In this document: positions 9,760 to 16,738 of the stretch, one piece after another
Layout of the letters: each line of letters opens with the position of its first letter
Numbering within the stretch: position 1 is the stretch's first letter
Source of the DNA: a bacterium
GTDB taxonomy: Bacteria > CALINM01
Reading direction: 5' to 3'
Assembly (NCBI GenBank): GCA_041640455.1
Contig: JBEQAF010000041.1
Span: 1-17,561 of the forward strand
Length of the DNA stretch: 17,561 bases
Program-made: the position numbers and the translations under genes
Notes under the pieces: generated by a model
What the model was told of the DNA's origin: nothing
Seen by the model: only the letters and a program-made list of their open reading frames with translations
The model's database searches: none

Positions 9760-9768
9760 AATCTTAAT

Positions 9769-10845
9769 ATGCCTCAATCAAAGCCAATCGGGCTTATCCT
9801 TCTCTGGGGGATCTATTTAGCCCTTTTTTATTTAATATATAGAGTCATAAATCCTTTTATATTCCCTATACTGTGGTCAGTCATATTCAGCATTCTTTTC
9901 TATCCCCTTCACAAATATTTTTTAAAAATTACCAGACAACGGGAGGTGCTTTCTGCTTCATTAACCCTTATTTTTATCATATTTATAGTTATAATACCCG
10001 GCATATCCATAGTAACCCTTATCATCTCAGAAGCCATTGATTTTGCTCAAGAGATCATTCAGGATAAGCATATAAGTATTATTGATATTGTTAATCATCC
10101 ATGGATACAGAAAACATTAAAAAGAATTGAAGATGCTTTGGGTGTTCAGACGGTGGATCTAAAAGTGTTTTTTGCTGCCAAGCTAAAAGAGATAAGCACT
10201 ATTATAATTACCAGAGCAGAACATATACTTTTTGAGCTACCATCCAAGTTTTTTGATCTGTTTATCATCTTTTTTACTACCTTTTTTATGATAAAAGACG
10301 GCAGGGCATTCGGTGATCTGTTAAGAAACCTGCTCCCTTTCTCAGAAAATGAGATTAACTATTATTTTTCAAATCTGAAAAAGGTTATACTTGTCACATT
10401 TCTGGGGGTCCTGCTTACCGCATTTGTGCAGGGGCTGGTGGCTTTTATATCCTTTTATTTCATTGGCATAAAATCATCTCTACTTTTAGGACTCGCAGTT
10501 GCTCTGGCATCTCTGGTACCTATGGTGGGCAGTGCCCTTGTATGGGTTCCTCTTGCAATCTATTTGTTAACACAGGGATTAATTCTCAAGGGTGTTCTTG
10601 TAATAATTGTAGGTGTGTTTTTTATAAGTCTGGTAGACAATTTTGTTAGACCCATATTTCTCCATCAGTATCTTTCTCTTCATCTTGTTTTAACCTTTTT
10701 CAGTCTTTTCGGAGGCATCAAGGCTTTTGGTCTGATAGGTATATTTCTTGGTCCCATAATAATCTCTGCATTTATTGGCTGTTGCCTCTTTTATCAGGAG
10801 TTTAAACAAAAGCTTGCAGAGGAGGTGTCAGATGAAGGAAGCTAA
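9769..10845 (+). CDS. AI-2E (PerM/UPF0118) family transporter
   Basis: 358-aa multi-TM protein with FFMIKDG, AFVQG, LVPMVGSALVW, DNFVRP and FGLIGIFLGP. SD AAGGAG precedes it. Confidence 0.92.
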   Translation: MPQSKPIGLILLWGIYLALFYLIYRVINPFIFPILWSVIFSILFYPLHKYFLKITRQREVLSASLTLIFIIFIVIIPGISIVTLIISEAIDFAQEIIQDKHISIIDIVNHPWIQKTLKRIEDALGVQTVDLKVFFAAKLKEISTIIITRAEHILFELPSKFFDLFIIFFTTFFMIKDGRAFGDLLRNLLPFSENEINYYFSNLKKVILVTFLGVLLTAFVQGLVAFISFYFIGIKSSLLLGLAVALASLVPMVGSALVWVPLAIYLLTQGLILKGVLVIIVGVFFISLVDNFVRPIFLHQYLSLHLVLTFFSLFGGIKAFGLIGIFLGPIIISAFIGCCLFYQEFKQKLAEEVSDEGS

Positions 10846-11845
10846 GTATTACCAAAAGCTTGAAGATAAAAAGGTAATCTGTCATCTGTGCAGACATAAC
10901 TGCCAGATTGCAGACGGGAAAAAGGGGATCTGTGCGGTTAGAAAAAATTCTGGAGGTATATTATATAGCCTCGTTTATGAGCGGCTTATAGCCAAAAACA
11001 TAGACCCCATAGAAAAAAAACCTCTCTTTCATTTTTTACCATCTTCCAGATCTTACTCCATCGCTACAGTGGGCTGTAATTTTAAATGTCTCCACTGTCA
11101 GAACTATGAGATATCCCAGTCTCCACGAGAAGAGGATATTATTATGGGCAGTATATTTACTGCAAAAGAGATTGTGGAAGATGCCTACAACAAGGGCTGT
11201 CAGAGCATATCCTATACCTATACAGAGCCAACTATCTATTATGAATTTGCCTATGATACAGCTGTTCTTGCAAAGGAACGGGGGATTAAAAATGTGTTTG
11301 TAACCAACGGATATATTGAAGATAAGCCGCTTGAAGATATAAAACCTTACCTTGATGCAGCAAATATTGATCTAAAAGGGTTTTCAGAGGATTTTTATAG
11401 AAAGGTATGCGGTGCATCTCTAAAGGGTGTTCTGGAAAGTATTTTAAAATACAAAAAACTGGATATCTGGATTGAGCTTACTACCCTTATTATCCCCACA
11501 TACAATGACAGTGAAGATGAGCTAACAAAGATTGCCCGTTTTATCAAGCAGGAGCTTGGAGCTGACACACCATGGCATGTGACTGCGTTTTATCCCACCT
11601 ACAAACTCTTGAATGTTCCTAAAACTCCTGTAAAAACCTTGCAGATGGCAAGAAATCTCGGGCTTGCTGAGGGGCTCAACTATGTCTATACTGGTAATAT
11701 TCCCGGGGAAGAGGGGGAATCTACCTTTTGCCCATCCTGTAGAAAAAAAATTATTGAGCGCATAGGTTTTTATATAAAGAAAATAGAGATAGAATCAGGC
11801 AGATGCAAATATTGTCAGCACCCTATATCGGGCATATGGAGTTAG
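10832..11845 (+). CDS. amrS: AmmeMemoRadiSam system radical SAM enzyme
   Basis: CxxxCxxC in GCNFKCLHCQNYEISQ, N-terminal CHLCRHNC...GICAVR, DPIEKKPLFHF, SYTYTEPT, VTNGY, ANIDLK, C-terminal TFCPSC...CKYC. Start moved to ATG 10832 because of SD GGAGG at 10821-10825. Confidence 0.93.
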   Translation: MKEAKYYQKLEDKKVICHLCRHNCQIADGKKGICAVRKNSGGILYSLVYERLIAKNIDPIEKKPLFHFLPSSRSYSIATVGCNFKCLHCQNYEISQSPREEDIIMGSIFTAKEIVEDAYNKGCQSISYTYTEPTIYYEFAYDTAVLAKERGIKNVFVTNGYIEDKPLEDIKPYLDAANIDLKGFSEDFYRKVCGASLKGVLESILKYKKLDIWIELTTLIIPTYNDSEDELTKIARFIKQELGADTPWHVTAFYPTYKLLNVPKTPVKTLQMARNLGLAEGLNYVYTGNIPGEEGESTFCPSCRKKIIERIGFYIKKIEIESGRCKYCQHPISGIWS

Positions 11846-12491
11846 AAAAGCTAAAGGCTTTTCAGGAATCCTTAAGCAGGGAGATAGAGCTTAAACCCTA
11901 TGACTTTGCCGGGGGATATGTATTAGCCCTTGACTCCTCTTATATTTTAAAAACCGGCGAGATAGTCTCTGCCGCAGTCCTTTACGATACAGAAAAAAAA
12001 GCCCTTGTAGAAAAGGCCTTTTCAAAAAAAAAATTTTGTTCCCCTATATTCCTGGATTTCTCTCATTCAGGGAGATTGATTCAACCCTTGAGGCAGTTAG
12101 TAAACTGAAAAATAATTTTGATATTGTGCTTGTAGATGGGCAGGGGATTGCACATCCGAGACGTTTTGGTATAGCCTGTCATCTGGGAGTTATAATTAAA
12201 AAACCTGTTATCGGCTGCGCAAAGAAGAGGCTATGTGGCAGATTTAATCAACCTGCTGAAGAGCCTGGCTCTTATAGCTATCTGTTTGATAGGGATGAAA
12301 AAATCGGTGCAGTTCTTAGAACCAGAAAAGGGGTTAAGCCTATTTTTATATCACCGGGGAATCTTATTGACATTGATAGCTCTGTGAAGATAATAATGTC
12401 ACTGGTAGATAAATACCGACTACCTGAACCAATTAGATTGGCACATTTATATGCCGGTGAGATAAGTAGTATTTACAAAAATAAGGAGTAA
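11836..12491 (+). pseudogene. nfi: Endonuclease V (deoxyinosine 3'-endonuclease), split by a -1 frameshift at an A10 run (sequencing error, slippage or true lesion)
   Basis: The 5' frame gives MELEKLKAFQ...ALDSSY...SAAVL...VEKAFSKKK. The -1 frame after 12033 gives ILFPYIPGFLSFRE...VDGQGIAHPRRFGIACH...IGCAK...KPIFISPG...YRLPEPIRLAH. One extra A yields a 218-aa ORF. Confidence 0.9.
12024..12033 (+). repeat. A10 homopolymer at the nfi frameshift
   Basis: TTTTC-AAAAAAAAAA-TTTTG. It is the longest homopolymer I found in the window. Confidence 0.92.
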
Positions 12492-12496
12492 GCTGA

Positions 12497-13231
12497 ATGA
12501 AAAGTTTTTTGTTTCGGAAGATTAAAATTTTATTTATAGTCATTATTATTATTCTGTTAGAATCGGCTGTTTATGCATCAAATCCAGGCGTTTTACAGCC
12601 CTATGAACGCATGGGCAGATATTACAATCCCATTGAACCGGCAAAGGCGGATGATTATGTAGAAAAAGGCATCGCCTCATGGTATGGTGAAGATTTTCAC
12701 GGTTACCCCACATCAACTGGAGAGATTTATAATATGTATGATATGACTGCAGCTCACAAAACCCTGCCTTTAGGACTTTATGTAAAGGTTACCAATCTAA
12801 AAAACAAGAAGGAATGTATAGTCAGATTAAACGATAGAGGTCCCTTTGTTGAAGGCAGAATTATAGATTTATCATTTAAAGCGGCTCAGGTGCTGGATAT
12901 GGTTAAGCATGGAACTGCGCCTGTAGAGATAGAAGTTCTGGGCTATCTCAAAGAGGAGGATGGCAAAATTTTATATGTAAAGCCATCTTCTTATCTTCTC
13001 GGGCTTTATTCTGTTCAGGTGGCCGCATTTAAAGTTTATGAAAATGCAGTCAGATTAAAAGAAAGATTTGAGAAAAATAATAAAAAGGCAAAGATTGTAG
13101 AGTTTCAGAAGAAGGATGAGTTATTTTATCGAGTCAGAGTAGGCGAATTTAAAAGCATTGAAGAGGCAAGACTATATCAGGAGGAGCTCAAAAAGTCAGG
13201 ATTTTTGACCACCTTTATTGTGGGAGAGTAA
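12497..13231 (+). CDS. rlpA: Septal ring lytic transglycosylase RlpA family protein (DPBB + SPOR)
   Basis: GIASWYG, GEIYNMYDMTAAHKTLP, VRLNDRGPF..GRIIDLS, and a C-terminal SPOR domain YSVQVAAF...NA...YRVRVG. SD AAGGAG at 12483-12488. Confidence 0.95.
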   Translation: MKSFLFRKIKILFIVIIIILLESAVYASNPGVLQPYERMGRYYNPIEPAKADDYVEKGIASWYGEDFHGYPTSTGEIYNMYDMTAAHKTLPLGLYVKVTNLKNKKECIVRLNDRGPFVEGRIIDLSFKAAQVLDMVKHGTAPVEIEVLGYLKEEDGKILYVKPSSYLLGLYSVQVAAFKVYENAVRLKERFEKNNKKAKIVEFQKKDELFYRVRVGEFKSIEEARLYQEELKKSGFLTTFIVGE

Positions 13232-13233
13232 TA

Positions 13234-14070
13234 ATGATCTACTGCAATGCCAAGCTTAATCTTTATCTAAAAATTATCGGAAAAAGAAAAGATGGGTATC
13301 ATCTACTAAATATGATTAATGTGCCAATCACAGTATATGATGAGATGACCATAGAGTTCAATCAGGGAAAGGATGGGCTTATTCAGCATTTTGAGCCAGA
13401 AATAGATTGCTCCGATGATAAGACAACTTTATATAAATCCTATCAAATTTTTAGAAATTTTATACCAAAAAACACGGTTATTAGTATTGGTTTAAAAAAA
13501 GTTATCCCCGAGGGTTCAGGCATGGGTGGGGGTAGCAGTAATGCGGCTTTTTTCATTAAAGAGCTTGTTAAAAATTATAAAATTGAGCTAAAAGAAGAGC
13601 TCATATCAGAAATTGCAAATCGGGTGGGGGCAGATGTGCCCTTTTTCCTGTTTAACAGGCCTGCCTTTCTGGAAGGGATAGGTGAGAGGGTTTTCCCCTT
13701 CAAATCCTTTCCTGCTTTAAATCTGGTAGTTATAAAACCAGATTTCTCTGTAAATACAAAATGGGCTTACTCGCTGGTAAGCAATATTTCAGAACCAGCT
13801 TTTTTTAAAAAAGGCTCCATTTCACTTAAAGAGCTTATCAGTATTATGTCAAATGATCTGGAGGCTGTTGTGGAAGAAAAATATTTTGAGATTAAAAAAA
13901 TAAAAAATTTTCTGTATAATAATAAGGCTTTAAAAGCCATGATGACAGGAAGCGGATCATCGGTGTTTGGCATTTTTGGTAGCCCTGAAGATGCAGAGAT
14001 TGCATACAGGGAAGCAAAACAGAGCTTTATAAGCTATAAAGTATTTAAAGCAGAAACTATTGGGGCGTAG
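13234..14070 (+). CDS. ispE: 4-diphosphocytidyl-2-C-methyl-D-erythritol kinase
   Basis: AKLNLYL...DGYH, GHMP ATP loop IPEGSGMGGGSSNAA, VGADVPFF, NDLE, MTGSGSSVFG. Followed by tRNA-Gln, as in many bacteria. Confidence 0.96.
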   Translation: MIYCNAKLNLYLKIIGKRKDGYHLLNMINVPITVYDEMTIEFNQGKDGLIQHFEPEIDCSDDKTTLYKSYQIFRNFIPKNTVISIGLKKVIPEGSGMGGGSSNAAFFIKELVKNYKIELKEELISEIANRVGADVPFFLFNRPAFLEGIGERVFPFKSFPALNLVVIKPDFSVNTKWAYSLVSNISEPAFFKKGSISLKELISIMSNDLEAVVEEKYFEIKKIKNFLYNNKALKAMMTGSGSSVFGIFGSPEDAEIAYREAKQSFISYKVFKAETIGA

Positions 14071-14138
14071 GCGAATTTGGTAAAGCCACCAGACTTTGAC
14101 TCTGGAGTTTGGAGGTTCGATGCCTCCCGCCCCAGCCA
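14061..14138 (+). tRNA. tRNA-Gln (anticodon TTG), 78 nt with encoded CCA
   Basis: Acceptor stem TGGGGCG/CGCCCCA, D stem GGC/GCC, anticodon stem CCAGA/TCTGG with loop CT-TTG-AC (anticodon 14096-14098), T stem GGAGG/CCTCC with loop TTCGATG, discriminator G then CCA. Confidence 0.96.
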
Positions 14139-14144
14139 ATAAAA

Positions 14145-14621
14145 TCAGCCTTTTAGAGAAACAATAAAATCATATATGGCTTTTATATCATTAATATCAA
14201 TGTTTTTTATGCCATCCAGTTTTTTATCGGTTGCTACTGCAATTACATTTTTTAAACTTTTGAAAAATGGCTCTTTGCCAAGCTCCTTCCTGTAAACCTC
14301 TATTTTAATCACATCCTCTTTTTTAAAACCCTCTGCCAGTATAATCTCGCAGTCGGAAAAATATTTCTGAGCCAGATAGGGTAATGAGTCTTTCTCCCCT
14401 CTTTTAAAAAATGCCAGTTTTTCCTGCGAGATTATCATTGAGGCTATAGCACCTGCATTAAAGTGCCTGTATGAATCGCTGGCTTCTCTGTCTGCTTCAA
14501 AGTCATGGTCTGTATGTTTTATGGTGCCTACCAAGATGCCTTTTTCTGAAAAAAGTGCTGTTAGCTTTTCTATCAGCGTGGTCTTTCCAGAACCCGAATG
14601 TCCAACAAATGATATTAACAC
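14145..14621 (-). CDS. mobB: Molybdopterin-guanine dinucleotide biosynthesis protein B
   Basis: P-loop VGHSGSGKTTLIEKL, IKH.DH, DSYRHFNAGA, EGFK...KIEVYR, IAVATD. GTG start with SD AAGGAG (14632-14627) 5 nt upstream. Confidence 0.93.
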   Translation of the reverse strand: MLISFVGHSGSGKTTLIEKLTALFSEKGILVGTIKHTDHDFEADREASDSYRHFNAGAIASMIISQEKLAFFKRGEKDSLPYLAQKYFSDCEIILAEGFKKEDVIKIEVYRKELGKEPFFKSLKNVIAVATDKKLDGIKNIDINDIKAIYDFIVSLKG

Positions 14622-14680
14622 AGCTTCTCCTTATGATAAATTTTATTCCCTATTTTGTAGGATTAAGTAACGCATACTGG

Positions 14681-14709
14681 TTGATATATCATATAATAAA
14701 TATTATAAT
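14681..14709 (+). promoter_or_regulatory. Putative sigma70 promoter for the sensor kinase (-35 TTGATA, 17-bp spacer, -10 TATAAT)
   Basis: TTGATA at 14681-14686 and TATAAT at 14704-14709, in the divergent mobB/kinase intergenic region. Confidence 0.7.
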
Positions 14710-14716
14710 TTTAAAA

Positions 14717-16738
14717 GTGTTAGATAAGATTAAAACACCCCTCATAAAAAAGCTCTTTCTAATCCTTTTTATTGCCATGTTTGTTCAGTTTTTTCTGTCT
14801 CTTTCGTTAAATCTGTTTGGCTACTATGTGGATCTAAAAACCGGTATTTTGAAAAGCATGAACGAAAAGATAGACAAGATAAAATCTTCTGTGGAGAGGC
14901 TGACCTCTCTGGGCATACCTATAAGAGAATTACCTTCAATTAACGAGGAGCTTGAAAATGAGATTACGGACGAGTTTACCATATTTATTTCCATTGTAGA
15001 TGATAGTGGTTATATATTATTTCATTCTGACCCCATACTAATAGGGAGCCGACTGCCCCTCAGGCATGACGAGCTGCTTATAAGCAAAACCTCAAAAATT
15101 ACCTTACAACCATACGGTGTCATAAATGTGATTTCAAAACCCATAACAGACGGTAAAATGACCAAAACCGGATATATTGTTGCGGCATTCAAAGATGATA
15201 TTATTTATAAGAAGGTGCTTTTCGTCCTTTTTAGAATGACGCTCTCTTCAGCTCTTGCTGGCTTTCTTGGGCTTTTTCTCATCTATTATTTCTACAAAAA
15301 AGAGGTTTTTAATCATGTTTCTGCCCTTTTGAATCAGGTTAATAAGATAAAAGATGGTATTTTTGAAGAGGCTCAGCTTACAGAAACCGAATCGGAGTTT
15401 TCCTCTATCAGCGAAGCTATGAATAAGATGGTTGTTGAGCTTAAAAAAAGCTTTGAAGAAAAAGAAGAGCTTCTATCAAAGCTTTATAAGGAGGAGGAAA
15501 AACTTAGAAAGATTATTGAAAAGACCAATATTGGTATAGCTGTTATCAGAGATGAGAAGATAGTATTCGTAAATCCTGGCTTTTATAAGATCTTTCATTT
15601 TAATGCAGAATCTCAGGTTATCGGGCAGAGCGTTACAAAAATTATTCCAGACGAGTCTATGTTGTTATTTAAGAATCTTATTAAAGATGTGCTGGAGAAT
15701 GGGGAGAACTGTTTTCTGGAAAACTTGAAATTAATGGATCTTCAGGGGAAGGAGATCTTCTGCTCCGTTGAAGCCAACCTGCTTGAGACCTCAGAATGGG
15801 GGAGAAAAGTTATTAGCCTAACTTTTCAGGATATTACAGAGAGGATAAGGTTTACCACCGAACTTAAGCAGAAAAATAAAGAGCTTGAAAATCTGATAAA
15901 CAAATACCAGTCCACCCAGATAGCCCTTCAGATATCTAACGAAAAACTTGAAAACGCCCTGATAACCATCGAAAAGGCAAATGAAGAGCTTAAAAAGATT
16001 GACAGTTTGAAAGATGTGTTCTTCTCTACCATCTCTCATGAGCTTAAAACACCTATCTCATTAATTCAGGGTTATATAAGTATTATTAAAAACGACCCGG
16101 TAATCAAAAAATCCAATGTTTCCTACGACATAGTGGAAGCCATAGAGCGGGCTTCTAAAAGGCTGCTTAATCTTACTGAGGAGATTATGGAGCTTCTGAA
16201 ACTGCGAGCAGGAAAGATTACCCTCAACCCAACACTCACCTCCATTAAGATGCTTCTGCAGTCTCTGCTACCTGAGTTTGATCACTTCCTGAAAACAAAA
16301 AACATAGAGATAATTATGACAGAGATGAATAATCTACCCATTCTGAATATTGATGTAAAAAAGATAGAGACTGTTTTAAGAAACATTATTGTTAATGCCA
16401 TTAAGTTTACAAAAGAGAACGGCAAAATTTATATCTCTGCTGATACAGTTCAGGAAGGAAAAACTCAGTATGTTAGACTTGCTATCAGAGACGAAGGTTG
16501 CGGAATTTCTAAATTTAACCTTGATAAGGTTTTCAACGAGTTTTTTACTCTGCCCCCACCACCCAGCGCAGGAAAAACTAATACTATAAAGGGTAGCGGC
16601 TTAGGCTTATCAATTGCTAAGGGATTTGTTGAAGCCCATAAGGGGAAGATCTGGGTGGAGAGCGAAGGCTATGACCCCGAGACTTTTCCTGGTTCCACCT
16701 TTTATATTATGCTACCAGCGGCTGAAAATATCAGCTAA
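14717..16738 (+). CDS. Membrane sensor histidine kinase (TM, extracytoplasmic Cache-like domain, TM, HAMP, PAS, coiled coil, HisKA, HATPase)
   Basis: HAMP-like SEFSSISEAMNKMVVEL, PAS IVFVNPGF...QDITER, H-box ISHELKTPIS, N-box NIIVNAIKFT, G1 DEGCGI, G2 GSGLGLSI. Start placed at GTG 14717 because the ORF-track start at 14471 overlaps mobB. The exact start is uncertain. Confidence 0.92.
   Translation: MLDKIKTPLIKKLFLILFIAMFVQFFLSLSLNLFGYYVDLKTGILKSMNEKIDKIKSSVERLTSLGIPIRELPSINEELENEITDEFTIFISIVDDSGYILFHSDPILIGSRLPLRHDELLISKTSKITLQPYGVINVISKPITDGKMTKTGYIVAAFKDDIIYKKVLFVLFRMTLSSALAGFLGLFLIYYFYKKEVFNHVSALLNQVNKIKDGIFEEAQLTETESEFSSISEAMNKMVVELKKSFEEKEELLSKLYKEEEKLRKIIEKTNIGIAVIRDEKIVFVNPGFYKIFHFNAESQVIGQSVTKIIPDESMLLFKNLIKDVLENGENCFLENLKLMDLQGKEIFCSVEANLLETSEWGRKVISLTFQDITERIRFTTELKQKNKELENLINKYQSTQIALQISNEKLENALITIEKANEELKKIDSLKDVFFSTISHELKTPISLIQGYISIIKNDPVIKKSNVSYDIVEAIERASKRLLNLTEEIMELLKLRAGKITLNPTLTSIKMLLQSLLPEFDHFLKTKNIEIIMTEMNNLPILNIDVKKIETVLRNIIVNAIKFTKENGKIYISADTVQEGKTQYVRLAIRDEGCGISKFNLDKVFNEFFTLPPPPSAGKTNTIKGSGLGLSIAKGFVEAHKGKIWVESEGYDPETFPGSTFYIMLPAAENIS

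Noticed and set aside
11803..12491. Two separate genes at 11803-12108 and 12036-12491
   Set aside because: They are the N- and C-terminal halves of one endonuclease V joined at the A10 run.
13957..14139. 60-aa minus-strand ORF MAGAGGIEPPNSRVKVW
   Set aside because: This is the typical antisense translation of a tRNA gene.
14471..14716. N-terminal extension of the 755-aa kinase ORF
   Set aside because: It overlaps mobB on the opposite strand, runs through the AT-rich intergenic promoter, and reads as non-protein-like sequence. GTG 14717 fits better.
377..16589. Short nested ORFs (377-598, 1126-1404, 2507-2752, 3053-3262, 3865-4050, 6220-6405, 8002-8235, 8163-8438, 11106-11303, 13767-13973, 15818-16039, 16389-16589)
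   Set aside because: All are antisense or off-frame shadows of well-supported genes and show no recognisable motifs.
16707..16733. Selenocysteine read-through of the selA TGA stop (also considered for the TGA stops at 7145-7147 and of mobB)
   Set aside because: Read-through adds only a few codons for selA and the 6056 gene, and for mobB it would run antisense into the tRNA. The proteins appear complete and I see no convincing SECIS hairpin.
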